This document shows, in pieces, positions 38,090 to 50,884 of a DNA stretch of 64,000 bases. The notes below the pieces were generated by a model, which searched no databases, was not told the origin of the DNA, and was given only the letters and a program-made list of their open reading frames with translations. Source of the DNA: Felis catus (lineage: Eukaryota). Position numbers and translations under genes: made by a program. The stretch spans positions 193,752,001 to 193,816,000 of the forward strand of contig NC_058368.1 of NCBI RefSeq assembly GCF_018350175.1, in the 5' to 3' direction. How positions within the stretch are numbered: the stretch's first letter is position 1; each line of letters starts with the position of its first letter.

Positions 38090-38719
38090 AAAATAAAATA
38101 ATCAATAAAACAAATATTAAAGCATTTTTCACAGAGAACAAATAATCCTAAAATTTGTGTGGAGCCACAAAAGATCCCAAATAGTCAAAGCAATCTTGGT
38201 CAGGGGTTGGGGGGAGGGGAAACAAAGCTAGAGGCATCACAATTCCTGACTTCAAGTTATATTACAAAACTGTAGTAATCAAAACAGTATGGTACTAGCA
38301 CAAAAATAGACACACACGTCAATAAAACAGAGTAGAAAACCCGGCAATGAACCCACATCCATATGGTCAATGAATCTTTGACAAAATAGGAAAGGGTATC
38401 CAATGGCAAAAAGACAGAATCTTCAACAAATGGTGTTGGGAGAAACTGGACAGCAACATGCAAAAAAATGAAACTGGAGCATTTTTTAACAGCACCCACA
38501 AAAATAAGCTCAAAATGGATTCCAGATATAAATATGAGGTCTGAAACCATAAAAATACTACAGAACCCAGGCAATAATTTCTTTGACATTGGCCATATCA
38601 ACTTCTTTCTAAATATGTCTCCTGAGGCAAGAGAAACAAAGATAAAAATAAACTATTGGGTTTGTCAAAATAAGAAGCTTCTGCACAGTGAAGGAAACAA
38701 TCAACAAAACTAAAAGGCA

Positions 38720-38900
38720 GGGGTACCTGGGTAGTTCAGTGGGTTGAGTGTCTGACTTCAGCTTAGATCATGATCTCAAGGTTTGCGAATTCCCAGCCCC
38801 ACATCAGGCTCGCTACCATCAGCCTGTCAGTGCAGAGCATGCTTGGGATCCTCTGTACGCCTCTCTTTGCCCCTCCCCTGTATGCACCCTCCCCACCAAT
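38720..38900 (+). mobile_element. CAN-SINE variant with very short tail
   Basis: GGGGTACCTGGGTAGTTCAGT head. Perfect TSD AAACTAAAAGGCA at 38707-38719 and 38901-38913. Confidence 0.93.
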
Positions 38901-39478
38901 AAACTAAAAGGCAACCTACAGAATGGGAGAGGATACTTGCAAATGACATATCTGATAAAAGGTTAGTATCCAAAATATATGAAGAACATAAAACTCAACA
39001 CCGAAAAAATGAATAATCTGATTAAAAAATGGGCAGAAGACATGAATAGACATTTTTTCAAAGAAGACATTCAAAGATGACCAACATACATGAAAAGGTG
39101 CTCAATATCACTTATCAGGGAAAGCAAATCAAAACTACAAGGAGATACCACCTCACACCTGTCAAAATGTCTGAAATCGACAACACAAGAAACAACGGAG
39201 TTGGTGAGGATGCAGAGAAAGGGGAATTTTCTTGCACTGTTGATGGGAATGTAAACTAGTTGCAGCCACTCTCTAAAACAGTGTGGAGGTTCCTCCAAAA
39301 GTTAAAAATAGAACTACCCTATGATCCAGCAATTGGATTACTAGCTATTTACCCCCAAAATACAAAAATACTAATTCAAAGGGATACATGCACCTCGATG
39401 TTTATAGCAGCATTATCTACAGCAGCTAAATTATGGAAACAGCCCAAGTGTCAATAGACTGATAAATGGATAAAGAAG

Positions 39479-39481
<3 letters not shown>

Positions 39482-39541
<60 letters not shown>
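39482..39541. repeat. (CT)n(CA)n compound microsatellite inside L1
   Basis: Directly visible. Confidence 0.95.
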
Positions 39542-40917
39542 GATGGAATTTTATTCAGCCATAAAAAGAATGAAATCTTGCCATTTGCTATGACATGGAT
39601 GGAGCTAGAGAGTATTATGGTAAGCAACATAAGTCAGAGAAAGACAAATACCATATGATTTCACACATATGTGGAATTTGAGAAACAAAAAAAAGTGAGC
39701 AAAGGGAAAAAAGAAAAGAGAGAGAGAGGCAAACCCAGAAACTTAACTACAAACAACAAATTGATGCTTGCAAGAGGGGAGGTAAGTGGGGGGTTGAGTA
39801 AAACAGGGGACTAGGAGTGCATTTGTTGTGATGATCACTGGCTATTATATGGAATTTTTGAATCACTATATTATATAACTATTACACTCCATACTAACTA
39901 ACTGGAATTTAAATTTTAAAAAATGCAAATGGTGCAATGCCCTAAAATATATCAATAGCTTATTCTTTAAGAAACAAGTGGTTTGCATAATCAAGCTTGA
40001 AAAAATATGATTAAACTCTCTTTACTAATTATATGATTAAAAAAAAGAAGAATGAGATCAGAGATTCACCAAGATGGTCTTGAATAATATTCAACAATTT
40101 ATCATCTGCTTGGTGCATTTCCATTTCCCCTGGTTTCTCTATTGAGAATGTCAGCAGCTTGCTTGACATGGAGCTCCATGAAATTGGAGGCACATACTTC
40201 AAAAGTGAGACTCCTCCAAGCTTGATTGATGAGGCTACTTATTAAATTAGATGGTACCCAACTCAACAGTACATGCATTCAGCAGACCACATCTAGAACA
40301 CATTCAGTTTATTTATACTTTTGCATAATTTCCCCTGTGGGGTTCATCGTCCTGGCTTTGCTTTCATATGACCCCCTGCTATGTGAGTGTCCTTCTATAG
40401 GCAGGGCAGTCAAGTAGTGTCTGCTTATATGGAAAAGTCTTGTTTCTGTGACTTTTAAATTATGCAAGTTACCTGTTAACCTTCTTCTTAGTGAGTGGCC
40501 CTTTTATTGCTTAAGTTGGCTTGGATAGATTTCTGTTACTTACATCCAAAGAGTTAGAAGTGATCCATATCTTCACATTACCCACTGAAGTTGGTCAAGG
40601 CTGAGATTGGTAGATATATTTAAAATATGATGAAATTGAAACCTAGAGAGATTCAATCACTCAGCGTTCTAAGATTAGTAAGTTAGCAACAAACCTGGAA
40701 TTACAATTTTCTCTTGACTTCTAATTCTGTACATTGCTTGAATTTGGGCTGCCACAGAATCAGGCCCTGAGATAAGGACTGGAGTACAAGTAGTTTATTT
40801 GGAACATAATTCTGGGAAACACCAGTGGGGGAGGGAGTAGCTGAGACAAAAGAAGGCAGACAAATGGTGTACTTTCAATAGCTGGAGCTTAATTGCCTGG
40901 AGAGTTCTGAAAGCCAG

Positions 40918-41512
40918 TGTCATGGACTGACTTGGGTTCCCCCCAAATTCATATATAAAATCTCTCACCTCCAATGCAGTGGTATGTGGAGATAGGGCCT
41001 TTAAAGGGGTTATTAAAGTTAAATGAGCTCCTAAGGGTGGGGCTATAATCCAATTAGACTGGGGTCTTTACAAGGAGAGGAAAAGATACTGGGAAGCATG
41101 TGCACAGAGCAAAGGTTGTGTGAGGACAGAGTGAGAAGGCAGCCATGTGAAGGGGAAGGACAGAGAACACAGGAGGTACCAACCTCGCTGACACCTGATC
41201 TTAGACTTCTAGGTTCTGGAACTATGAGAAAATAAATTTCTGTTGTTTAGAAGACTTTTAGGACCCCTGGGATTTGCTCTGTATTTTTTTGGATGTTTAT
41301 TTATTTACTTTTGAGCGAGAGAGAAAGAGAGAGAGAGGGAGAGAGAATCCCAAGCAGGCTCCACACTCAGCATGTAGCCTAACGTGGGGCTTGATGCCAC
41401 AACCCTGGGATCATGACCTAGGCCAAGATCAAGAGTCTGATGCTCACCCAACTGAGACACCAAGGCACCTCTTCTCTGTATTTTGTTAAAGCAGTCCAGG
41501 CAGACGAATGTA
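40918..41512 (+). mobile_element. MLT1B-like LTR
   Basis: TGTCATGGACTGA..CCCCCCAAATTCATAT, GGAGATAGGGCCTTTAAAG, GAGAAAATAAATTTCTGTTGTTTA. 5-bp TSD GCCAG/GCCCA. Confidence 0.85.
41288..41471 (-). mobile_element. CAN-SINE
   Basis: Reverse SINE. TSD CTCTGTATTTT at 41277-41287 and 41474-41484. Confidence 0.92.
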
Positions 41513-41580
41513 GCCCATGTAGACCACACACTTCAGAATTATCCCCCTTTAGAAGTGAGGACCCAGGAGTATGTGCAACC

Positions 41581-41768
41581 CAGTGGTTCTAAGTGTAGTC
41601 CCAGGACCAGCAGCATCCGCATCACTTGGGAGCTTAATAGACATGCAAATTTTCAAGTTCATCCCTGACCTACTGAATTAGAAACTCTGGGGTTAGAGTC
41701 AGCAGTATGTGACTTAACAAAGACCTCTTCAGGTGGTTTTGATGCCCACCAAAATTTGAGAACCACTT
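41581..41768 (+). mobile_element. MER5A MITE
   Basis: CAGTGGTTCT..GGACCAGCAGCATC..ACCTACTGAATTAGAAACTCTGGGG..TTTGAGAACCACT with TIRs. Confidence 0.9.
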
Positions 41769-42169
41769 TTATCTACCAATTCTCTTCAAGGATTTGATGA
41801 GGTGCTCCTGGAGGCATTAATGCCAGCACTTCTGGCCTGCCAGGGAGGTGGAACAGAGTGGGCTCCAGGGGCTGGCAAAAGATGTGGCCAAAGAGAGGCA
41901 GAGTCATGTTTGGAAGGTAAGCTGGTATGCACTGAAATGATAAAGCTCAAGGAGGATACGAGGGAAGTGGCACCCTCTAAACCATCATGATGTTGATACT
42001 GTGTCAGAATTCTATCACACGGTATTTGACATCAGGGGCACGCCTTTCCAACCCCTTAATGGTCTTCCCTTTTGTCGAAATTTCCAAGTGATTTAGATTT
42101 GTCTCTCCAGTTAGGTGGTAATATCTGAGAGCAGCAGAGCAAGTGAGAGAAAATCTGCGACAATCTATC

Positions 42170-42372
42170 ATGCTTCAGGAACTATAACCAACCCTAAATG
42201 TGATTAATCTTCGCGATTATCCTGATGAGTAAATGTCATTATCCTAATTTTGTTGTTTGAGGAGGTTGATATGTAAAGAAATTTGCCCAAGAGCATCTAG
42301 AAAAGTAAGTGGTGAAGCTAGGGTCTGAACCTGCATGTGCCTGACCAAAAACCCCAAGCCCAATCCACTATC
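42170..42372 (-). mobile_element. MIR SINE
   Basis: ATTTGCCCAAG..AGTAAGTGGTGAAGCTAGGGTCTGAACC. Confidence 0.6.
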
Positions 42373-42558
42373 TGAAGCTCTGGGAGTTCTTAGTGATTTA
42401 TCAAGTATAATATATTTTGACATTTTGTTGTGATCATGTCTAGAAGAATAAAAATTTTAGCCTTCATTTGGAATCTTCCACTTAATCAACATGAATACTG
42501 GGGGAGGAAGCCAAGGCTTAGACAGTAACTATCATGACCATTGGGATTTGCTCAAAAG

Positions 42559-42559
<1 letters not shown>

Positions 42560-42598
<39 letters not shown>
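42560..42598. repeat. (CA)n microsatellite
   Basis: Directly visible. Confidence 0.95.
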
Positions 42599-42601
<3 letters not shown>

Positions 42602-43699
42602 TCTATTACAAATGGCTGTCCCTAGGAGACTCCTAGCCTTCCCTAATAATCTCTTCTCAGTGCAGCTTTCTTAAGAAGCCTGGGCACCAGGCCAACACTT
42701 TTAGCTGTGGTCTTGTATTCTTCATCTGTCGAGTTTAATTATGTGCACAATGTTCCTTTAATAAGAAAGCTGGGGCAACTCTGTTTTCACTGCCCCAGCA
42801 ATGTGGGCAGCCCACATAAAGATTCTTGTGCAGAGAGACTAGGTAGAAAAAAAATACTCATTGATACAAAGTTTCTTGGAGGCTGATTTTTTGCTTGAAG
42901 AGAGCTCTCCCAGTGTCACCCAGTCTGAACTCCCACTGAAGGATGAAATCCTGTCTGAAGCAGATGATAGGCAAAGGCCTATTTGACCTACCAAGCACAA
43001 GAGCTCTGAGGCAACCCATTCTGACAGACCACAATTGAGAAAGCAGAAGAAAGAAACAAAGTTTCTCAGAGAAGTATAATCTGAATGTGGCCTTCATAAG
43101 TGGGACCAGGCCATGACTTTTCTTTTCATCTTATGTATTTCTTCAGGTTAGGAGTAGGGACATCCTGAAGCAGATAAAACTTACATTAGGTCCCCATAAC
43201 TTTATCTTTTCACTTTGCCTCCATTGCAAGGGATCAAGAGATCAGGCGGTCGGGACTCATGTGGTCTCTCCTCATTTATTGTACTGATGCCAGCCGCTCT
43301 CCACATTATTGCCTGGGACATCTTTAACCATCATTAAAGAAGGGGATTCCTGCTACACTTCTTACTGGGGACTTGTCCTTATGAAAAGCAACTCAATAGC
43401 AGACAAAGCCTGCAATCTGGGCATCTATTCCGATGATCAGACTTGGGATTCTCACTTAAAACCATGGTTTGCTTGCTCTAGCCATAGTATCTTAATGTAC
43501 ATGGAGTACCTCTTGGGAGTAGGTGTTGATCTCTCAATCTCCCTTTTAGTTTCTTTTGAAGAGTACTGCGTTTTTCCCCAGGGTGTTTTCCCAAAACCCC
43601 ACAGAGTCAACATTTTTAGGTCATACCCTCCTAAACTCATCCTTCAGAATTAAACACCTCCCCAGCTTTTCTCACTTGGTGCAGTATCATACAAAAAAA

Positions 43700-44380
43700 T
43701 ACACTGAGAAGTATTTATATAGCTATGAATATGCATTATACTTATCGACATCATTGTACTCTTTTGGCATATGATTTTAAAATCAATAATTGTGTCACCT
43801 GGCACTTCTTCTGCATTTTCCCTTGATAGATTTATGTAAAGTTGGCTTCAAGGGCCTAATTTCTTGTCCTTCTGTAAAACTTCAACATCTCCATTATTTT
43901 TGTGAATTACAGGGCACTTGTATGTACCTAGCCACATGTCTGCATATCCACCAATATCAGGAACACCGAGTTCTGTAGCCACTTTAATAATTTCTCAGTT
44001 CTGTTGAACGTTTCTCCATGTTAGTTATTCTCCCACATCATGATGACAATGGCTGCACAATATTCTAACATGTGAATGTGCCGTGATTTATGTAACTCAT
44101 CCCCTACTTTTGAAGACTTAGTTTATTTCCCATTTAATTAATATTCTTGCATAATCTTCCTTAGTCACATTTGTCATGATTTCCTCAGAATAAATTCCTA
44201 GTGGCAGAATGGCTGAGTCAAAGATTGTGCTTCTTTGAGCCTTCTAATATATACCACTGATTGTAAGAGATACTAATACCTATTTCCTGAGTAGCAGCAT
44301 TTGGTAGTTTCTGATTCTCTACATCCTGGGTATTAGCATCCTTTCTCTTCTTAGGCTAAATTATAGCTTTGTTCTTACTG
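43700..44380 (-). mobile_element. Ancient L1ME 3' fragment
   Basis: AATGGCTGCACAATATTC, GATTTCCTCAGAATAAATTCCTAGTGGCAGAATGGCTGAGTCAAAG. Confidence 0.6.
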
Positions 44381-45399
44381 TGTGTTCTTTGGCACAACAT
44401 GGGGATTCTAGAGAGGACAAATAACTCTAATAGGAAGAAGGAAAAAAAATACACAAGGATACACATACCACATGGTTGTACTTTTCTTGACTAACCTTGT
44501 GAATTAAATTCTTCAGCATTGATGAAAATATATTTTCTTCTGTCTGACTCAATTTAGACTGTGACACATTATCTAATCCTTCAGACTAATGCTGCCATTA
44601 GCCTCTTCTTGAATATAAGTTGTAGCTTGTATGACAAATACAATATACATGTTCAGTAAGATTTAACAATCGTTCATGAAGCCTGTGCTTTGTGCAATGC
44701 TACGCCTGGCACTGGGCACTGCTGAAGAAAGAAATGAGTATGCCATGGCATCTGGCTCTCTCACAAGTCAGTGAAAGATTGTGGATATAACCCAAGGCCC
44801 ACTGGGTATGCAAAGGCTATATTAGAAGTATAAAATTCAGGGGGAGAACAGAAAAGTAGCAGTACTAATAAAATGGCAATAAAAATAATGACAATAATAT
44901 GTTGCTGCTCTTTACACTATCCCTTTTAAATGTTCATTATGTATGTAGTGCACTGAGTACTTTACATATTTTATTTCATTCGATCATCACAGCCAGCAGT
45001 ATGGAGTAGGTACCATATTACCTGTTTTTATATATGAGGAAACTGAGAAACAATATATACAAATTGCCTGAGGTCATGTTGCTAGAATATGCTGTAATCA
45101 TTGGAAAGGCTTTTGGGGATGGCAGGGTATGAGGTCCGGAAGAAAGGTTAAGGTTCAGCATATGGAGACTAGAGTAAGGGGTATTTCAGGCAGGGAGCAC
45201 AGGCTGAGCAGAAGCCCTGAAGTAGAAAACTGGCAGGTCTCCCATGAGGAAGCAAGATTAAGGAGCCAAAATAAAGGAGGCTGAGATTTGGTACAGAAAG
45301 CCTAGAATGTCATAAGATTTAGGTGTGTGGATTTTATGGTGTTAGCAGCCAAAGGGGTGCATTTTATGTATGAATGTATATATGTATGTATGTATGTAT

Positions 45400-46025
45400 G
45401 TATTCATTTTCCCCTTTATTTTATTTTACTTTAGTTTTTGGGTTTTTTATTTTAATTTTGATTCCAGCATAGTTAACATACAGCGTTCCATTAGTTTCAG
45501 GTGTACAATATAGCAATTCAACAATTTTATACATTACTCAGTGTTCCCATCATGATGGTGTACTCTTATTTCCCTTCACCTACTTCCCCATTCCCCCCAC
45601 CCACCTCCATTCTGGTAACCATTAGTTTATTCTCTATAGTTAAGAGTCTGCTTTTTAGGTTTGACTTTTTTGATTTGTTTGGTTTCTTAAATTCTACATA
45701 GGAATGATTATACCCTCTAGATCTATCCATGTTGTTGCAGATGGCAAGACTTCATTCTTTTTTTTATGGCTGAATAATATTCCATTGTGCATGTATACCA
45801 CATCTTGTTTATCCATTCATCTATCCATGGTCACTGCTTCTATATCTTGGCTATTATTAATAATGCTGCAATAAGCACAAGGGTGCATATATCTTTCTGA
45901 ATTGTTATTTAAATATTCTTTGGATAAATAACCAATAGTGGGATTTTTGATCATATTATAATTCTACTTTTAATTTTTTGAGGAACTTCCATACTGTTTT
46001 CCACAGTGGCTACACCCGTTTATAT
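45400..46025 (-). mobile_element. Carnivore L1 3' end
   Basis: T tail, TAGTTAACATACAG..TTAGTTTCAGGTGTACAATATAG, TTTTTGAGGAACTTCCATACTGTTTTCCACAGTGGC. Confidence 0.88.
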
Positions 46026-47446
46026 TGCAAAGGCTACATTTTAAAGCCTTTGCAGAGGTTGAGTGATCTGATCAGAGAATTAGAAGGTTAAGTCTGGTAA
46101 CATTTTATTTGATGTAGCTATTACCCTAGTCTAGAAGGAATTTTGTACAGAATGATAGATGAGCTCAAGATATACTTTTGTATTTAGGTTTTACAGGTTT
46201 TATACTTGAGATCCCATGGCTAGAGATGGGGCCATAGAAACAATAACTCAGATTTCATTGGCATTTTCTCATGAAATGAAATTGTCACTAGGAACCCCAA
46301 AGTACTCTCCTTCTACTTCTCAGAACAATTCCATTTCACCTTGTCTTTGCCCAAATGTACATACTCATGCCCAACCCAGAAGAACCAATATAATTAAATT
46401 TATAAAGAGCTTTTCCCACCACCTCTTTGTTATCTGTGTATATATTTGTCTGATTTCTAAATAAACTTGGTGCTTTTTGAGGCTAGGGTTGACCTTTGAT
46501 TTATTTTTATTCTAACTGAACACTACTTAGTGTTTTGCACATAATCAGTGTTAAATATGGAATGATTAAACCACAGATGGAACTCAGATCAGCATCACAT
46601 ATTTTGTTGCCTTTGCCTGAATGCATATCTAAGGCTACATCTGGGTCTCTACCACATTCAAGCCAGCGTCCATCAACAGAGATAACATTTAGCACATTGA
46701 GACTGAGGAACCTATTTACATTTATATTGGTGTCTAAAATCATCTGTTGGGACTGAGCTCATCTTAATTTATTGTGGCCTTTACTGCCTGCCAGGAAGCA
46801 ATGATGTGCTTAAATTTCACTTGCATTTCTTAGCAGGAACCCAGCTTGAATCAATATTGGGGGAGGAGGGGATGACAGTTCTTCAGACGGCTCAGAATCT
46901 GATTCTAGCTAATACATTATGATCATTCATAATAGAACTATCATAAAGACTCTGATGAAAGAGTTTGCTAACAGCTGTTTTCTGTAGGTAGATTTGTTTT
47001 TGTGTCCCATGTATAACTGGCAGGCAGATTTCTCTGGGAATAGATCTTGGTAGTCAGAAGTCACTCAGGAAAAGAGCACTGGGTTGGCAGTCTGGAGATC
47101 TGCTTTGTGTCTAGAACTCAGCTGCTAGTAAGCTATTGGAGATTGATGGTGGGTCTACTGGAAGATGGGAATGGCAACCTAGCATTAGGACTTTGAGATC
47201 ACGTGAGGGCTAATTTGCTATGAACAAGATCAGTGGAACCATCTCAGCCAACTGAGAAGCAGGTTAGGAGAAAGAGTACTGAGTCAGTCTGATAAAAGTT
47301 CAGTCAAACCTCAGGCCTAAAGATGAGATGAACCTCTGAAACACATTGAAATGTCCCTAATTGCTTTATAAACCATCAGCCTCTATCACATTTTTATGAA
47401 GCCTTCTCCTTATCTGAAGTCATACTTTGCTTTAAATCTTTCCCTA

Positions 47447-47686
47447 GGGGCACCTGGGTGGCTCATTCATTTAAGCATCTGATTCATGATTTCGGTTCAG
47501 GTCATGGTCTCACAGTTCATGGGAATCAAGCCCCACGTTGGACTCTGCATTGACAGTGTGGAACCTGCTTTGGATTCTCTCTCTCCGTCTCTCTTTCTCT
47601 GCCCCTCTCCTGCTCATGTGCTGTCTCTCAAAATAAATAAACTTAAATAAATAAATATAAATAAATAAATAAATAAATAAATAAAT
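47447..47686 (+). mobile_element. CAN-SINE with (TAAA)n tail
   Basis: GGGGCACCTGGGTGGCTCA head. ATCTTTCCC(C)TA flanking duplication. Confidence 0.93.
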
Positions 47687-48871
47687 CTATCTTTCCCCTA
47701 AAACATTGCTCCCATTCCTTTTTGATCCTTACAAGACTTCATGCTTTGTAGAAGAATACTCAGGAGGTTAAGGAAGCAGGCCTCCATTTTCACAACATGG
47801 AGAATGAGGAGATCATCTTGAGTGCATCTCAGCACTACTTTCTCTGCTCTATTGTACCTTGTACGTTTTCTGGAACTTCAGACATGCCTGTGCCATGCTC
47901 ACCAGGGCAGGCAGGAGAATCAAGTTGGGCCTGACCTATGCATTAAAAAGAGTTGATAATTATTCTCTCTTTTATTCATTCAACAAACACTTATTAAGGG
48001 TATTATTTTCTTAAAAATGTGTTTGTGTATCAGCTCTGTTGTAATACTGTTTGTGTAACCTCAAGCCACTTTATTACCTTCTCCCAGCCTTTGTGTCCTC
48101 ATGTGTAAAGCAGAAATAATATTAGTATCTGCTTCATATGGTTACTGGGAAAGTAAACAAATAAGGCATTTAAAGTACCCTGAGCAGACCTATTGGAATA
48201 AACAGAAGCAATTATCACTGGAGGATGTGCTCTACTAATGTTCTGGAAAACATAAAATTGAAAGAGAGAAGGCCATTGTCTATACAAGTCCATAGATGGT
48301 TGAATGGCAGACACACATCGTTCAGACTGAGCATCATGGAACTTCAGAGAAAAACATACATTTCAGATTGGAAATTGAGAATCTGGAAATCACAGAGCAG
48401 GTGATGTTGGATTTGAGTAATGAAGGATGGAAAGAATTTGATTAAAGTGAAGGATTAGGGTGGTGGTATATGAAACGTCATGTACGTTTAATGAATATAC
48501 CACTAACCTCCAGCTACTTTCTACCCATCTTTCCCTGATATTTCTCCCAGTGAATTCTATGGAGCCTCTTTGTGACTGTTTCTCCCTGAGGACAGTGGTA
48601 CTCAGTGGTACTCTGTTTTAATATTATTTCCCCTATCTAATATACTGCAAGTTTCTTCAAATGACATTCTGAGCTCTTTACTAACCCCATTCCAACAGTT
48701 TTCCCTGCTATTCTTTCTCCTTCCCTCTTCACCAATTTCTATACTTTATTGCTTTCTAGTAGGACTTAATTTCATCCAACGAAAGGAGTTAACTGAGCTT
48801 CTTTTATGAACCAGGAACTATACTGAACATTTTATATGCCTTATCATGTAATCCTCACAAAGAACCTTTAA

Positions 48872-49066
48872 GGGGTATCTGAGTGGCTCAGTTAGTTAGC
48901 TGTCCCACTCTTATTTTCAGTTCAGGTCTCACATTTCTTGAGATCAAGCCACACTTTGTGCTGACAGCGAGGAGCCTGCTTGGGATTGTCTCTCTGCCCT
49001 TCCCCCACTTGCATGCTTGCTCTCTTTCTTTCTGTCTCAGAATAAATAAATAAACTTTTAAAAAAG
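48872..49066 (+). mobile_element. CAN-SINE inserted in a MIR (48790-49150, -)
   Basis: GGGGTATCTGAGTGGCTCAGTT head, CT body, A tail. Confidence 0.9.
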
Positions 49067-49956
49067 AAGAAGAAACTTCCAGGTAGGTAGTAGTATGTCA
49101 TTTATAGATAGGGAAACTGAAGCAGAGAAAGATTAAGTACCTTATCTGAAAGGGCCAGAATGGGAAACAAAAAGCATCATAACAAAAGAATCCCAAATTT
49201 CAGTGACTAGTGACTTAAATAACAAAGCCATATTTTGTAATTATGCTTCTGTCCATCCAGGGTTGTCTGAAGGTTCCATTTTACATGTCTTCAGCCTGGC
49301 ACCCAGGCCAATACACTGGGCATTCTGAATCATGGTCAATCTATGAGGCAGAGAGAAAGAGAAAGTATGGAGAATTCTGCAGTGGTTCTTTTTCTTTCCT
49401 TTTTTTAAAAAAAAAATAAATCCAATTTAGTTAACATATAGTATAAAATGATTTCAGAAATAGAATTTAGTGATTCATCACTTACATATAATACCCTGTG
49501 CTCATCCCAACAAGTGTTCTCCTTAATGCCCCTCACCCACTTAGCCTATTCCCCTACCCAACAACCCTCCAGCAACCCTCAGTTTGTTCTCTGTATTTAA
49601 GAGTCTCTTATGGTTTGTCTCCTTCTTTGTTTTTATATTATTTTTGCTTCTCTTCCCTTATGTTCCTCTGTTTTGTATTTTAAATTCCACATAAGAGTGA
49701 AATCATATGATATTTGTCTTTCTTTGACTGACTTATTTGCTTAGCATAATACACTATAGTTCCATTCACGTTGCTGCAAATGGCAAGATTTCATTCTTTT
49801 TGTTCACCAAGTAATATTCAATTGTTTATGTATACCACATTTTCTTTATCCTTTCACCTGTTGATGGACATTTGGGCTCTTTCCATACTTTGGCTATTGT
49901 TGATAGTGCTGACATAAACATTGGGATGCATGTGCTCCTTCAAAACAGCACTCCTG

Positions 49957-50884
49957 GAAATGTTGGGGAAGATGGCGGCGTAGGAGGATGCTGGGCTCAA
50001 CGCGTCCTGCTGACCACTTAGATTCCACCCACACCTGCCCAAATAACCCAGAAAACCACCAGAAGACTAGCAGAACAGAGTCTCCGGAGCCAAGTGCAGA
50101 CGAGAGGCCCACGGAAGAGAGTAGGAAGGGCGGCGAGGTGGTGCGCGCTCCACGGACTGGCAGGAGGGAGCCAGAGCAGAGGGGCAGCCCGCCGGCCAAG
50201 CAGAGGCCCTGAGTCTGGCTGGCAAAAGCAGAGGGGCCGGACGGAGTGTGTTCGGACAGAAAGCGGGACTTAACATCTGGAAGGTTATAAGCTAACAGCT
50301 CTGCTCGCAGAGCAGGAGGGCTGGAGGACAACAGGAGGGAGAGTTGTTGAGCTCCGGACAACAGAGCACAGCTTGGTGGGGAACAAAGGTGCTCACCAGT
50401 GCCATCTTCCTCGCCCATCCCCCAGCCAAAATCCCAAAGGGAACCAGTTCTTGTCAGGGAACATGCTTGCACGGTGCAAACACCCAACGCTGTGCTTCTG
50501 CGGATCCATCCCTCTGGTGGTGGGTCTGACTCCATCCCGGTGCTACAGGGCCCCTCCCGAAGCAGGTCACCAAAGGAAAAGCGAGCTGAGCCTGTCCCTC
50601 CCACCCCCTGTGCACCTTGCCGATCCACCCCAGCTAATATGCCAGATCTGCAGTACCACAAGCCTGGCAGTGTGCAAGTAGCCCAGACGGGCCACGCCAC
50701 CCCACAGTGAATCCCACCCCTAGGAGAGGGGAAGAGAAGGTACACACCAGTCTGACTGTGGCCCCAGCAGTGGGCTGGGGGCAGACATCAGGTCTGACTG
50801 TGGTCCCGCCCACCAATGCAAGTTATTCAAGACAGCACAGGGGAAGTGCCCCATAGTTCCACACCACTCCAGGGACTATCCAAA
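49957..50884 (+). promoter_or_regulatory. L1 5'UTR internal promoter with YY1 site (AAGATGGCGG, 49969-49978)
   Basis: GC/CpG-rich relative to the window. YY1 consensus near the 5' end, as in other mammalian L1s. Confidence 0.8.

Larger units (their letters stand above)
36673..38111 (+). mobile_element. CAN-SINE (body 36673-36861; tail split by a young L1)
   Basis: CCTGGGTGGCTCAATTGGTTAAG head. Diverged TSD AAATACTAACAGCATT / AAATATTAAAGCATT. Confidence 0.9.
35995..39922 (+). mobile_element. Carnivore L1, 5'-inverted (inverted 35995-36386, sense from 36387), interrupted by two SINEs and a young L1
   Basis: ORF2 RT and C-terminal fragments (MKLEHFLT.., KTVWRFLQKLKIELPYDPAI), 3'UTR ending ACTAACTGGAATTTAAA. 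No clear TSD found. Confidence 0.9.
40734..41985 (-). mobile_element. ERVL LTR (LTR33-like) hosting MLT1B, SINE and MER5A insertions
   Basis: CCCTGAGATAAGGACTGGAGTACAAGTAGTTTATTTGG start. The text resumes after each insert. Confidence 0.6.

Noticed and set aside
49957..50884. CpG island of a host gene
   Set aside because: It is the L1 5'UTR.
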